A DNA stretch of 64,000 nucleotides from Bdellovibrionales bacterium. GTDB taxonomy: Bacteria; Bdellovibrionota; Bdellovibrionia; Bdellovibrionales; JAUICD01. Numbering within the stretch: the first letter of the stretch is position 1; each line of letters opens with the position of its first letter. Position numbers and translations under genes: made by a program. The stretch lies in NCBI GenBank assembly GCA_965203275.1, contig OZ241865.1, forward strand, positions 32,001-96,000, in the 5' to 3' direction. Positions 51,201 to 61,963 of the stretch are shown one piece after another. The notes under the pieces were generated by a model, which was given only the letters and a program-made list of their open reading frames with translations, was not told the DNA's origin and made no database searches.

Positions 51201-51808
51201 CTTTGTAGTTCATTCATAATATCACCTAATCTTGTAAGATTTTCTTCTGTAGTTAGTAACTTTCTTTGAGATTCTTTTTTGCGGGCTTTAAATTTTGTAA
51301 CTCCAGAGGCTTCTTCTATAATAACTCTCATATCTTCAGGCTTTGCTGTCACCAGTCGACTGATAGCTCCTTGTTCTATTAAACTAAATCCTTTAGATCC
51401 AGCTCCTGTGTCCATAAAAATTTCATGGATATCCTTAAGTCGAACAGGTTCTTGCTGAATTAAATATTCTGATTGTCCTGAGCGGTGAAGTCTTCTTGTG
51501 ATACAAATTTCAGAATATTGTAAATAGGGAGCAGGGAAAAACTGACCGTCATTTTCTAGTGTAAGAGATACTTCTGCTAGACCACCAGGGACATGACCTT
51601 GAGAGCCTTGAAAGATCACATCTTCCATAGAAGAACCACGAAGTCCTTTTGCAGACATCTCACCCATAACCCATTGCAGAGCATCTACAATATTGGACTT
51701 ACCACAACCATTAGGCCCCACAATAGCTGTGATATCAGCATCAAAGTGAATCACTGTTTTGTCTTTAAAAGACTTAAAGCCTGTGATCTCTAGCTTTTTA
51801 ATTTTCAA
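48203..51808 (-). CDS. smc: Chromosome segregation protein SMC
   Basis: GPNGCGKSN Walker A, long coiled coils, hinge, LSGGEKAL, LDEVDAPLD. Confidence 0.97.
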   Translation of the reverse strand: MKIKKLEITGFKSFKDKTVIHFDADITAIVGPNGCGKSNIVDALQWVMGEMSAKGLRGSSMEDVIFQGSQGHVPGGLAEVSLTLENDGQFFPAPYLQYSEICITRRLHRSGQSEYLIQQEPVRLKDIHEIFMDTGAGSKGFSLIEQGAISRLVTAKPEDMRVIIEEASGVTKFKARKKESQRKLLTTEENLTRLGDIMNELQRQLSALERQSQKASRYKKLQDKIEKQDLLICSRNFLNLEEKYISNQSSLQELKDSDLEYQSKIAEQEKQKEAKKLWQLECEKKLESQQQSIEETKLAIRTKEKIIQGLEFQIEQSQKQESLHSDMSSEVQTQKDHLQKDLQQLSLAYEDLQKKATQIESQYKTLNAQHEKDQTKLQQDQNILNEQQTALMKAHQEEAHIEAEIKSLQASQKELQIQEDTSGSLLKEMVHKNKETIKIKDNTARKLEKARQLQLSLTSDMQQFKDNQDNLLQLLTEKKQTTHQLKDNKNKITSQLSALENLYKNFEGFDQGAKEVLAWRENLTSSQKSLFIPVADVIEVSKKYELALEAVLGRHLQALLANSLEDVFKAFDFLKQNQAGRASFLNVSVQKPIDTPIENEIVIGLLKDFVVTDKKYRACIDVLLNKTAIVKSILYDLSIQYPDWTFVTLTGDVLLPKGIVIGGTPDFIDSSRLKLRREIKEIKKQSIDCEQQFIVAEDELKNHEHCLEILEKDLKQTQKDHIQQEMKVIELKKDLERASIEVTDSQLVLDKQNAVIDRLLTQKQKQEKQKQSFIKEQQTILKKKETLSSQIKSLTENISKSQSQLNNLRQKVHQLSIDSTACTQEAEGKKHQKEMLQKQMNELSQRMTRITQQREQSIAMQAEAQTTYKGEQSSLQNILTQEQEKQKIFSKTQNQYETSRSQLNTMDQQLSVLRKESNGVQMQINDLSLGANTLELKMKALVETINERYMVNLKDVAMEYKNKTSKENQVLEWKEIDWDEAEKKLETLNSQLQKMGNVNLAAIQEYEEVKNRYSFLSQQRDDLELAKKELNQVINKINKICDERFQENFESVNIRFQKVFPVLFGGGEAFMSMVELKDKEDMGIAITARPPGKRLQNVSLLSGGEKALTAVSLIFAIFLVKPSPYCVLDEVDAPLDDANVFRFNDLINEMSKHAQMILVTHNKHTMEICDKLYGVTMEEKGISKMVAVDMTKQTIAKPAVL

Positions 51809-51949
51809 AGCTAAGCTCCTTTTTTAACTGTGTTTATTATGACACATCTTTTTTAGGAAAATAAAGGCTTTTTTACAAACTGCCCTTCTGCCCCTTCTGC
51901 CCCTTCTGCTCTTCAAAAACAAGTGATGCAAAACTTATTTGATTATATT

Positions 51950-53263
51950 TTAATATAGTTCATTGCTTGAGAGGTTTTTTTGGATTTCTTGATGGATTTC
52001 TTCTCTTAAATCTTCATCGCTTATTTGCTCAAGCATACTTTGTAAAAAACTGATAGATAGAGATTGAAGTGCCTCTTTATAAGGTAGCCCACGGCTTTGG
52101 AGGTAGAAAATCTCATCCTCATGGATCTGTCCTACAGTTGCTCCATGTGTCGCTTTGACATCATCTGCAAAAACATCGAGTTCTGGTTTCACATCGGCTT
52201 CTGCAAAAGGGCTTAAAATCAAGCTTTTACTAGATTGGTGGGAATCCGATTTTGAAGCTTTTTGATCTATACCAACCAAGCCATTGAAAACATATCTTGC
52301 GTGGTCTAAAAGAATACTTCTCGCATTTAATCGACTTTGGGTTTGTGGTTTGATATGTTGAATGTAAAAGTGTGAATCAGAATGGCTTTGCTTTTGAAGT
52401 AGAGAAAGAGAATGCATAAAAGCCTGACTTTCTAACCCCTTTAAATGAACAACTCTGTTGTGACGTAAATATTCCTGCCCTAAGTGAACGTCAATAGATT
52501 TTAATGAGCATTTATGCCCACTTAAATCAAAATAATTTTGTGTCAAAAGTGTGGAATGAGCATCTAAAGACTGTCTAAAATAAATATCAAGATGAGCTGT
52601 ATCTTCTAATCTTGCTCTACAACAAAAAGTTAATAAGTTCTTTATATCCTTTTGTGTTTGTGTTGAATTTTTCACATCTTTGATATGAATAGAAAGCTTT
52701 AATTGGCTACCTTCTTGAAGGTGAAAAAACAATCGACACCCCATCATATTTTGTGATTGTCTTTGAATCTCAATGTGTAAAGGGAAGTCAAGTATCGTGT
52801 GAGGAGCGACTGTAATGAAATAAATATCTTTACAGAGTAAAATATTTAAATGTTCTAATATAGGTTCTTCTTTTAAAAAAGATTGAAAGAAGCTTTCTTT
52901 AAGAAGGTTATTTGTTTTTTGATCTGCAAAAAATGCATTGTCTTGTTGGGTAAGGCTTTTTATAGAGACTCCTTGAGGTAGCTTGTTTTTAAAGGATTCT
53001 GGCTGGCATAAACCTTCATTAAAAACAATTTGATAGGGAGTCTTTGACGATATGGAAGTATTTTGAGTATTGTGAATATTTTGAGTATCAGAATATAAGA
53101 GATGATTTATGTGAGGGAATAGAGTATATTTCCATTGTTCCCTTCGAGGTGGAAATGTTTTTAAAGCTTTTAAGGCGTTAGCACTTTTGAGTTTTTCTGT
53201 TTTGAGGAAATCAGGAATAAGCATAGATGTTGTGGCTTTAAGTGCAGCATCAACAAACTTCAT
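51950..53263 (-). CDS. sufD: Fe-S cluster assembly protein SufD
   Basis: E.WKYT, KPELDVFADDVKATHGATVG, FYLQSRGL; follows sufC. Confidence 0.92.
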   Translation of the reverse strand: MKFVDAALKATTSMLIPDFLKTEKLKSANALKALKTFPPRREQWKYTLFPHINHLLYSDTQNIHNTQNTSISSKTPYQIVFNEGLCQPESFKNKLPQGVSIKSLTQQDNAFFADQKTNNLLKESFFQSFLKEEPILEHLNILLCKDIYFITVAPHTILDFPLHIEIQRQSQNMMGCRLFFHLQEGSQLKLSIHIKDVKNSTQTQKDIKNLLTFCCRARLEDTAHLDIYFRQSLDAHSTLLTQNYFDLSGHKCSLKSIDVHLGQEYLRHNRVVHLKGLESQAFMHSLSLLQKQSHSDSHFYIQHIKPQTQSRLNARSILLDHARYVFNGLVGIDQKASKSDSHQSSKSLILSPFAEADVKPELDVFADDVKATHGATVGQIHEDEIFYLQSRGLPYKEALQSLSISFLQSMLEQISDEDLREEIHQEIQKNLSSNELY

Positions 53264-54042
53264 TATGAAACCTCATGAGATATATGGGCATCTTTTAGAA
53301 AATAATCATAACCTTGGGTTTCTATTTGATGAGCTAGTTGCCAATCCCCTGTTTTAATGATTTGGCCTTGATGAAAGATATGTACATAGTGAGGTTTAAT
53401 ATATTCTAAAATCCTTTGGTAGTGGGTGATCAAGAGCAATGCTTTATGAGATGAGAGGAAGTTTTTAATAACATGCGTGAGCATTTTGAGAGCATCTACA
53501 TCTAAACCTGAATCAATTTCATCTAAAATAACTAATTTGGGATCAAAGATGATCATTTGTAGAATTTCATTTTTTTTCTTTTCCCCGCCAGAGAAACCTT
53601 CATTGACAGATCGGTCTAAAAATTTTTGATCAAAGCCAATAGTTTGGGCTTTTTCTAAGACCCATTTACGAAAGTGATTTTCTGAAAGTGGACCTACACC
53701 TTGGTGACAGCAAAGGGATTTAAAACAAGAATAGAGAAACTGAAAATTGCTTAATCCAGGGATTTCTAATGGGTGTTGTAAAGAAAAAAAAATACCTTCT
53801 TTTGCTCGCAGATCAGGATTCATATCTTGGAGAGGTTTGAGTTGGCTATTGATTTCAAACTGCATGCTTCCACCTGTGATTTGAAGATGAGGATATCCTG
53901 AAATTGTTTTAGCCAGGGTGCTTTTACCTGAGCCATTAGGTCCCATCAAAGCATGTATTTCTCCTTTTTTAATGTGAAGATAAAGGTTTTTTAAAATTTT
54001 TTTCTGGTCAATTTGAACATTTAAAGCTTCAATTTGGAGCAT
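53263..54042 (-). CDS. sufC: Fe-S cluster assembly ATPase SufC
   Basis: MGPNGSGKST, RSVNEGFSGGEKKKNEILQ, DEIDSGLDVDAL, ITHYQRIL. Confidence 0.96.
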   Translation of the reverse strand: MLQIEALNVQIDQKKILKNLYLHIKKGEIHALMGPNGSGKSTLAKTISGYPHLQITGGSMQFEINSQLKPLQDMNPDLRAKEGIFFSLQHPLEIPGLSNFQFLYSCFKSLCCHQGVGPLSENHFRKWVLEKAQTIGFDQKFLDRSVNEGFSGGEKKKNEILQMIIFDPKLVILDEIDSGLDVDALKMLTHVIKNFLSSHKALLLITHYQRILEYIKPHYVHIFHQGQIIKTGDWQLAHQIETQGYDYFLKDAHISHEVS

Positions 54043-54156
54043 GATTTCTTCCTTTTGAGTTTTTGAGTTTATATTAAATATGCAAATAATTGACTTATAT
54101 AACGATTTATAGATGTCATCAAGCTTCTTTTTTTCTCAATATGATGTTCCGTTCCT

Positions 54157-54885
54157 CTGGGATCTGGGATCCGGGATCCCGGGATCTGGGATCCGGGATC
54201 CGGCAACCCGGCATCAGAAAGAACTCTTTTTCCTTAACATTTCACTCAAAATGCATCATGCCTCTGGTTCACTAAAAGTAAACTAGCCTCTGGCTACTTT
54301 TGGACATTGCTCTGACAGCTTACGCTGTCTAAAAAGAGCAATGTCTCAAAAGTCCGTTTACTTTTAGTAGGAAGGATCCTTTCCTCTTTGACACGATGTT
54401 AAGGAAAAAGTTCCTTCTTACATCTTTTGCCCGCAAAGGCTTACGCATTTGACAAAATGGTCATTGCCTCAAAAATCTATGCATTTTGAGTAGAGGAGGA
54501 TCCTTTTATTCCTCTACACCATGTTAGGGAAAAAGTGCTTTTATTACCTTAAGAGCAAGCGGATTTACGAATGAGGAACTTTTTCCTTAACATGGTGTTA
54601 AAAAACAAGGAGATCCTTCCTACTAAAAGTGGTCAGGCTTTCTAGGTTGCCAGCAGATGAAAGAACTTTTCCCTTAACATCGCGTAAAAAAAAGAAATGA
54701 TCCTTTCTACTAAAAATAAACGGATTTTTGAGGCAATCAGCCTTTGATCGACGGCGACAGCCGTCGGGCTGATTGCCCAAAAACAGCCAGAGGCTGGTTT
54801 ATTTTTAGTGAAAAAGATAAGAAGGCGAATAGCCTTCGGCTGGCAACCCAAAAGTGACCAGAGGTCAGTTTACTTTTAGTGAAAA
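54157..54885. repeat. Cluster of structured elements plus heptamers; contains second copy of nested composite
   Basis: ~54623-54850 nearly identical to ~46428-46655. Confidence 0.92.
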
Positions 54886-54889
54886 AGTT

Positions 54890-56401
54890 TCATTTCGATT
54901 GGGAAAAAAGGTGACTATTAGAAGGACGTTGACCAAAAAGCTGATAACACTTTCCTTCCTTATATTGATAGAGCTTAGCAACTCTGCTGGCTTTGTTTTT
55001 GATCTTTTCAATCCAAACAAAAGTTCTTTTATAAAAAGGTTTTGTGCATTCCACATCAAAGAAAGCAGGTGACCATGTCCCGCTATTAAGATGCTCAATG
55101 TCTTCAAAGTTTTTATGCATCCACGTATGAGTGTGTCCATAAATAATACGTTTAACACGGGTGATTTGAGATGCTATTTGAAAAATCCTCAATTTAGGGG
55201 CTTTGTAATTGAGAACTTGTGATTTAAACGTACGAGAATAAAAAATGAAAAAAGGTATAAAAAATGCTAATGGAATAAACATCCAGAAAAAAGAAATACC
55301 AAAAAAAAGCTTAATATTAACAAAAATAACATAAGTGATTAAAAAAATAATTAAGACAAGAAGAGCTTGATCAATCCACAGCTCTCTTGCTAGAAGCAAG
55401 GGATTAAAGGCAGCTGGATGGACTGCTAGCTCTTTCATTTCTCTGACCATACGAGGTGTGGCATTGGCATTGCGAGCGATAGATTCAATTCGACCTTCAA
55501 TTGTGAGAGGGTCCTTCATTGCAGGCAAAAGTGTATAAATAAAAGAATAAATTAACGTCATAGCTGCACTGGTAAACCAAGTCACAAGAAGTAAAGGCTG
55601 TGCTTTGGCCATATATTTAAAGAAGAAACGTATATATTCTTTGATAGTCATAATAAAGTTAGAATCTGCATGAGGATTAAAAAAGCCCATTTGATTGATC
55701 ATATAACGACAAGCTAAGTTACCAAAAGGTATGCGAATTTCCATACGTTTGAGTCTTTGAACCATAGGGGAAATAGGATTTTGACAAAGACAATAAGGAT
55801 CATACTGATTGCCATGTTCAATAAGAGTATCTTGATTACTAATGTAAAACCAAGAACAGAATCGTATTTGATTTAAATGTGCTTTTGGTAAATCAAGGTA
55901 TTCTAAAATATTATTTTGTACCATCTGATAATGGAGTTCTAGATCATGATTGCCAATAATAAAGACAGCTCGATGACCATGCAGTATGAAATTTCTTAGA
56001 GCCTCTATCCAAACCTTATGATCTTCAAGTATTTTGCGTATTTTAAAGGCTGATTTGATTTCTTGAGGGAAAAGACCACATTTACGTTCAATCCAAGAAA
56101 CCTTATAGGGAGGATTCTTTGGAATAGCCATGCAAGAGTCAAAATCAAAAATATCTCCATTGAGGATCAGTTCTATTTGTTGATCTCCTGCCTTTTTCTC
56201 TATAAAATCTAAAAAATTTTTAAATTTATCATCAAAAAAGAACTCTCTTGTTTTAAACTTTTTCCAAAGGGGATGTTTAGGGTCCGGCTCTTGTGCCTCA
56301 CATAAATGAAGATCAGAAATCACCACTGTACAAGAAGCTGTGGTAAAATCTTCTTTGTTAAGTAAAGATTGCTTTGATGGTTTATATATATATTCAGGCA
56401 T
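54890..56401 (-). CDS. Membrane-associated calcineurin-like metallophosphoesterase
   Basis: ISDLH, NGDIFD, GNHD, EHGNQYD, GHTH, NSGTW; TM helices in C-terminal half. Confidence 0.88.
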   Translation of the reverse strand: MPEYIYKPSKQSLLNKEDFTTASCTVVISDLHLCEAQEPDPKHPLWKKFKTREFFFDDKFKNFLDFIEKKAGDQQIELILNGDIFDFDSCMAIPKNPPYKVSWIERKCGLFPQEIKSAFKIRKILEDHKVWIEALRNFILHGHRAVFIIGNHDLELHYQMVQNNILEYLDLPKAHLNQIRFCSWFYISNQDTLIEHGNQYDPYCLCQNPISPMVQRLKRMEIRIPFGNLACRYMINQMGFFNPHADSNFIMTIKEYIRFFFKYMAKAQPLLLVTWFTSAAMTLIYSFIYTLLPAMKDPLTIEGRIESIARNANATPRMVREMKELAVHPAAFNPLLLARELWIDQALLVLIIFLITYVIFVNIKLFFGISFFWMFIPLAFFIPFFIFYSRTFKSQVLNYKAPKLRIFQIASQITRVKRIIYGHTHTWMHKNFEDIEHLNSGTWSPAFFDVECTKPFYKRTFVWIEKIKNKASRVAKLYQYKEGKCYQLFGQRPSNSHLFSQSK

Positions 56402-56548
56402 AGTTATTTTTCAAAGTATTGGTTTTAAAAGTAAAACGTTTAGATATTTATACCACTTTTCTGCTAAGATTCCAAGTAGTATTAAATTCTTTTTTTCAAC
56501 ACTTTAAGATTGTTTGCAATAGTCTTAAAATTAAGTTATTTCACTGCA

Positions 56549-57159
56549 TTATGATAATTTATTGAGCAAATCATCACAGGATATTTTTAAATCTTCTATA
56601 GAGCCATTATTCCAAATGACAAAATCAACTAAATTTAATTTTTCTTCTTGAGGTTTTTGAGAATCCATAATGCAATCAATCATTTCTTTTGTCATTTGTC
56701 TGCTTTCTTTGAGTCTTTTGTAAATAATATCTCTGCTGGTTGCAACCAAGACAATAAAATCAAATGTATCTTGTATATTTTGCTCAAAAATCAAGGCTGC
56801 GTCATATATGGCTAGGGGTGTGCCGATTTCCTCTAGATGTTTTTTCTCCTGAAAAGCCATAGTTGCTATAATGGGATGCACAATTTCTTCTAAAATGGCT
56901 CTTTTTTGAGGATCCTTAAAGACAATATTTCTTAAGGATTTTCTATCAATGGATAGATATTTTGAGGATGGATGCGTCATCTTTAAAACACTTTCTCCAA
57001 AAGAAGATAGTACTTTTTGGATAACTTTTGGTTTTTCTAAGGCTTTATGCCCATAAATATCTGCATTTAAAATAGGTAACCCTTTTTGACGCAAAATTTG
57101 AGAGACTGTGGATTTACCTGTTCCAATGCCTCCAGTCAAACCAATCCATTTCATTATCA
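56549..57159 (-). CDS. coaE: Dephospho-CoA kinase
   Basis: IGLTGGIGTGKSTVS, LE.IVHP, DFVIWNNG; exact start uncertain (57153-57196). Confidence 0.94.
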
Positions 57160-57256
57160 TTGACTCTATTCTTTTTGATATTGTTTCACTAAACACTTGC
57201 TTTTAATACGACTTTTATTTTAATTAAGTATCACATAACAAGTCGGAGGATTGTCA

Positions 57257-58792
57257 ATGCAAAAAGTTTTAGTTTTAGACTTTGGTTCTCAGTACACACA
57301 GCTGATCACTCGTAAGGTTCGAGAGCTTAAAGTTTATGCAGAAATTCACCCTTATCATTGGCCTTTATCCTGCATTCAAGAGTACCAACCTGTTGCTATT
57401 ATACTCAGTGGGGGGCCTAGCTCTGTACATCAAAAAAATGCACCTGTCAGAGATATCAAGCAACTAGCTCAAATAGCTCCTCTTTTGGGTATCTGTTATG
57501 GGATGCAGCTTATGGCACATTTTTTAGGAGGGACGGTTTATAAGTCTTCTCATAGTGGAGAATATGGTAGGCAGAAAATTTCTTGGATAAATTCACCTCC
57601 TATAAATATCCCTCAAGAAAGCTCCGTCTGGATGAGTCACAGTGATGATGTTGTTAAATTGCCTCCTGATTTTGTGACGCTAGCAAAAAGCCAACAGGAT
57701 ATTATAGCAGTTATGTCAGATGGACGTTCTTTAGGATTACAATTTCATCCAGAGGTTACTCATACAGAATATGGACAAAAATATTTAGAATATTTCTTAT
57801 TTCAAATGGTAGGACTTTCAAAAAAATGGCAGACCGATAGCATTCTTCAACAGGCTACAGCTTATATTGAAAAAAAAGTCAAGCCTGATGAAAAAGTGCT
57901 TTGTGGATTAAGTGGAGGTGTGGATTCAACTGTAGTAGCTACACTGTTGACAAGGGTGTTAGGACCTAAGAGAGTTAAATGTATTTTTGTCAACAATGGA
58001 CTTTTGAGAAAAAACGAATATACAGAAGTTCTTAAAAGTTATAAAACATTAAATCTTTCAGTGGAAGGGAAAGACGCCAGTCATGCTTTTTTATCTGCTC
58101 TTAAAGGTGTCACTTGTCCAGAGAGTAAAAGAAAAATCATAGGCAAAGTTTTTATAGATGTTTTTGATTGTTTTAGAAAGCAAAACAAAGACATTAAATG
58201 GTTAGCACAGGGAACACTTTATCCTGATGTCATTGAAAGCTGTTCTTTTAACTTTTCTGATCAGAAGGCTGTCCATATTAAAACACATCACAATGTGGGG
58301 GGATTACCGCAACACATGGATTTAAAAGTTTTAGAGCCGGTCAGAGAGCTTTTTAAGGACGAGGTGAGGGAGATGGGCAAACACTTAAATATTCCTTCTG
58401 AAATTTTGTACAGGCATCCTTTCCCTGGTCCTGGTCTAGCTGTGAGGATTTTAGGAGAAGTAACAAGAGAGAAAATTATTATTTTGCAAAATGCAGATGT
58501 TATTTTTAATCAGTTACTTAAGGAAGAAAATTTATATAATTGTATATGGCAAGCATTTTGTGTTTTGCTTCCTGTGCAAACAGTGGGAGTACAAGGTGAT
58601 CGTCGGTCTTATAAGTACTGTTTAGCTATTCGAGCTGTGACTTCAGTGGATGGGATGACAGCAGATTGGTTTGAATTTACTCCCTCTATTTTGAAGAAAA
58701 TATCTACACAAATCACAAACCATGTTAAAGATATTAATCGAGTAGTGTATGATATTACCAGTAAACCTCCTGGGACAATAGAGTGGGAATAA
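57257..58792 (+). CDS. guaA: GMP synthase (glutamine-hydrolysing)
   Basis: LDFGSQYTQLI, GICYGMQ, QFHPEV, SGGVDS, KTHHNVGG, RHPFPGPGL, KPPGTIEWE. Confidence 0.98.
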   Translation: MQKVLVLDFGSQYTQLITRKVRELKVYAEIHPYHWPLSCIQEYQPVAIILSGGPSSVHQKNAPVRDIKQLAQIAPLLGICYGMQLMAHFLGGTVYKSSHSGEYGRQKISWINSPPINIPQESSVWMSHSDDVVKLPPDFVTLAKSQQDIIAVMSDGRSLGLQFHPEVTHTEYGQKYLEYFLFQMVGLSKKWQTDSILQQATAYIEKKVKPDEKVLCGLSGGVDSTVVATLLTRVLGPKRVKCIFVNNGLLRKNEYTEVLKSYKTLNLSVEGKDASHAFLSALKGVTCPESKRKIIGKVFIDVFDCFRKQNKDIKWLAQGTLYPDVIESCSFNFSDQKAVHIKTHHNVGGLPQHMDLKVLEPVRELFKDEVREMGKHLNIPSEILYRHPFPGPGLAVRILGEVTREKIIILQNADVIFNQLLKEENLYNCIWQAFCVLLPVQTVGVQGDRRSYKYCLAIRAVTSVDGMTADWFEFTPSILKKISTQITNHVKDINRVVYDITSKPPGTIEWE

Positions 58793-59011
58793 ATTTGGTT
58801 GTTTCACTTTTAGTGAACCAAACTCCCAATAGCCCAACAACCTAATCCGGATGGATAAGCCTAAAATATTCTTGACAAAACAGTTAGTATATTCTAACTT
58901 TTTAAAAGCTTGGAATCTTAGAAATCATATCAAATAAAGAAAACAAAAAAATAGAGGTTGAAAAATCAATCGCACCATAAAAATCTTTTACTTTAACTTT
59001 AATGATTTGCC

Positions 59012-59758
59012 ATGGTTATTTTAGCAGTGGAATGTAGCACTTCTTTAGGAAGTGTTGCCATATCTCGCTTTTCAGATATTCTTTCATCTTTGTCGTGGAA
59101 GCATCAAAAATCACATGAAAAAGTCATTGTCTCGTCTCTATCTCAAGCTCTTCAAGAAGCTCATCTCACTTTTAAAGATATAAATTTGTTAGCTGTAGGG
59201 AATGGGCCAGGCAGTTTTACAGGACTTCGAGTGGCTCTTTCAGTTGTCAAGACCCTATCTTATGCTTATGATTTGCCTGTAGCAGTTTTTAATTCCTTGA
59301 GAATATTAGCAGAAAATTATCAAAACTCTTGTCCAGAAAGAGTTTATACTCTACAAAACGCTTTTAGTGCAAAATTCTTTTTTGCTCATTATCTTAAAAA
59401 TGGACTTATATGTCAGGAGATTGAAAAACCACAGCTAATTGCTCAAGAGCAAATAAGAGACGTTCTAAAAAAGCCAGGGATGGTTTTAGGATGTGTTTCT
59501 AACTTGATATGCCAAAATCCAGGATCTCAAAGTCAAAGACTTCAAAGTCGAAGACTTCAAAGTCAAAGATTTTTTTTAAATAACAATAAGCATTTAAAAT
59601 TTGTAGAAGATTCCTTAATAAACTACCCCGATGCTAAAAAATTAGCTATCCTATGTTCAAGGCAGAAGCAAAGTTATTTTAAGGAAAAATGGCAACAAGT
59701 TTTTCCACTTTATCTGAAAATGTCTGCTGCGGAAGAGAAAATAAACTTTAAAAAATAA
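59012..59758 (+). CDS. tsaB: tRNA t6A modification protein TsaB
   Basis: ILAVECST, GPGSFTGLRV, C-terminal PLYL. Confidence 0.9.
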   Translation: MVILAVECSTSLGSVAISRFSDILSSLSWKHQKSHEKVIVSSLSQALQEAHLTFKDINLLAVGNGPGSFTGLRVALSVVKTLSYAYDLPVAVFNSLRILAENYQNSCPERVYTLQNAFSAKFFFAHYLKNGLICQEIEKPQLIAQEQIRDVLKKPGMVLGCVSNLICQNPGSQSQRLQSRRLQSQRFFLNNNKHLKFVEDSLINYPDAKKLAILCSRQKQSYFKEKWQQVFPLYLKMSAAEEKINFKK

Positions 59759-59909
59759 ATGACGATAGCTATTTATAGCAATACAATATTTGCTAAAGAC
59801 TTCTAATCATTTTAAGATTATGCCATAATAAGTATGAGAATAAAAAAAAACAAATAGGGTAAGCCTTTTTTTGAGAATTACCTAAAAACAGAATGAGGAT
59901 ATAAGAAGG

Positions 59910-60281
59910 ATGTTTTCTTAACACGATGTTAGAAATAAGGAAATACTATTTCCGGGATCCGGGATCTGGCAACCCGGCATCAGATCCCGGGATACCTGCT
60001 TGCCGGATCCCGGGAATAAATATCTTGTTTCCTTAACATGGTGTTTATCCCAGAATCCGGGATCCGGGATCCGGGATCCGGGAATCGGGCATCAGAAGGA
60101 AATGTTTCCTTAACATGGAGTAAAAAAACGAGGAGATCCTCCCTACTAAAAGTGGTCAGACAGCAAGCTTCTCTGAAGCTTGCCATGTAACAACACTAGG
60201 CGATGACCATTTTACCGATGGCGACAGCCATCGTGGTCATCGCCAGAAAGTGACCAGAGGTCAGACCACTTTTAGTGAAAC
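59910..60281. repeat. Heptamer arrays plus one structured element carrying an extra hairpin
   Basis: gcaagcttc-tct-gaagcttgc insert at ~60163-60183, same as ~46910-46930. Confidence 0.9.
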
Positions 60282-60297
60282 AGCAAGCGGTGATTTT

Positions 60298-60879
60298 ATG
60301 TCAATAGAACATCATATAGGAAAAACATATTATGATACACTAGATGTATCCAGTTCATCATCTCAAAAAGAGATTCAATCTGCTTATATAAAAGCAAAGA
60401 ATACTTATTCTGCTTGCAATCCAAAGCTTTACTCTGTTTTTTCTAAGAAAGAGCTAGAAGATCTACTTAAATTAATAGATCAAGCTTATTTTGTTTTGAG
60501 TCATCCTGAAAGACGAAGTACTTATGATAAGGAACTTTTAAAGAGCCATAACAAAAATATACTTCAAAAAAACATGGTTATTAAAAGTTATTATAAAAAA
60601 GACCCCATGTTTGAAAAGCAAATAGAAGAGAAAGACATTTTCGATGGACCTTTTTTAAAAAATATTCGCAACTATAAAAATATCACTTTAGATGAAATTT
60701 CTAAAGTGACCCGTATTGGAAAGCCTTATTTGATAGCTATTGAAAATAATGACTATCAAGCATTGCCTGCCCCTGTATTTGTGCGAGGCTTCATTTCACA
60801 ATATGCAAAATGTTTATCTCTGAAGACCCAAACAGTTGTTAATTCTTATATGTCACTTTACAAAGCACTCTATGTCTAA
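60298..60879 (+). CDS. DnaJ-like domain plus RodZ-type HTH protein
   Basis: YYDTLDV...EIQSAY...AY.VLS.PERR..YD; IS..TRI...YL.AIE......LPA.VFVRGF; ATG at 60298 lies outside the repeat. Confidence 0.85.
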   Translation: MSIEHHIGKTYYDTLDVSSSSSQKEIQSAYIKAKNTYSACNPKLYSVFSKKELEDLLKLIDQAYFVLSHPERRSTYDKELLKSHNKNILQKNMVIKSYYKKDPMFEKQIEEKDIFDGPFLKNIRNYKNITLDEISKVTRIGKPYLIAIENNDYQALPAPVFVRGFISQYAKCLSLKTQTVVNSYMSLYKALYV

Positions 60880-61933
60880 CCCTCAAAAACAAATTTGCCT
60901 TATTATTGATGATCAATTTAAAGGACTGCGAGCAGATATTGTTTTAGTTAAGTATATTTCCTCCTTATTAAAATCAAATTTATCAAGATCAAAAGTTTCA
61001 AAGCTTTTTGATTCAGGGTGTGTTTTGATCAATAATATACGTTGCAGGCCTTCCTATAAATGTCGCATAAATGATCAATTAAAATTTAATATACCTTTCA
61101 ATCTTCAAAGAAATTATGTGCTTTTAGAGCCTTATTCTTTTGATTTAGATATTCTTTTTGAAGACAAATGGGTGATTGTAGTAAACAAGCCCGCAGGTCT
61201 GGTCGTACATCCAGGAGCAGGACACACCCAAGATACTCTTGTCAACGCTCTGATTTATCATAAAAAGAAGCTTTCATTTTTAGATTGGGTACAGGCTGGA
61301 CAAGTACCTTTAGAAGATTGTCGGCCAGGCATTGTACATCGGATAGATAAAGACACAAGTGGTTTGCTTCTCATTGCAAAGGATGAGGATGTACATCAAA
61401 AGTTAGCAAAACAGTTTGCTACCCATAAGGTTGATAGACACTATTGGGCCTGTGTTTTTGGGGTACCTCAAAGACGGCGTGGAGAAATCAAAAGTCAAAT
61501 TGCAAGGAATATTCATAATAGAAAAAAATTTCAAAGCTTTGATTTGAGCTTAAATGTAGACGGCGGAAATGATCATCATAGTCATTTTGGAAGCCTTCAA
61601 AAAAGTCCTCGTGGGAAAAAAGCTATTACTTATTATGAGGTAATAGAATCTTTTGGAGGTATATCACTTTTGCATTTAAAATTAGCAACAGGGCGAACAC
61701 ATCAAATACGTGTGCATCTTTCAAATTTAGGACATCCTATTTTAGGTGACAAAATTTATGGTCGTAAGAGATCACTTCATTTTTTAGATAGCTCTTTTAA
61801 GGATTATGTGGAGGCTCTGCCTAGGTTAGCTTTGCATGCAGCCAGGTTGCGATTTTATCATCCATATCTTGGCCGTCGGTTAGAATTTGAAGTTGGCTGG
61901 CCGGATGATCTACTCCCTTTTGCTTTCTCTTAA
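60872..61933 (+). CDS. rluD: RluA/RluD-family pseudouridine synthase
   Basis: S4-like N-terminus, VNKPAGLVVHPG, GIVHRIDKDTSG, TGRTHQIRVH, GDKIYG, LHA. Confidence 0.88.
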   Translation: MSNPQKQICLIIDDQFKGLRADIVLVKYISSLLKSNLSRSKVSKLFDSGCVLINNIRCRPSYKCRINDQLKFNIPFNLQRNYVLLEPYSFDLDILFEDKWVIVVNKPAGLVVHPGAGHTQDTLVNALIYHKKKLSFLDWVQAGQVPLEDCRPGIVHRIDKDTSGLLLIAKDEDVHQKLAKQFATHKVDRHYWACVFGVPQRRRGEIKSQIARNIHNRKKFQSFDLSLNVDGGNDHHSHFGSLQKSPRGKKAITYYEVIESFGGISLLHLKLATGRTHQIRVHLSNLGHPILGDKIYGRKRSLHFLDSSFKDYVEALPRLALHAARLRFYHPYLGRRLEFEVGWPDDLLPFAFS

Positions 61934-61963
61934 AAATATATCTTAAATACATCTACTGGCTTA

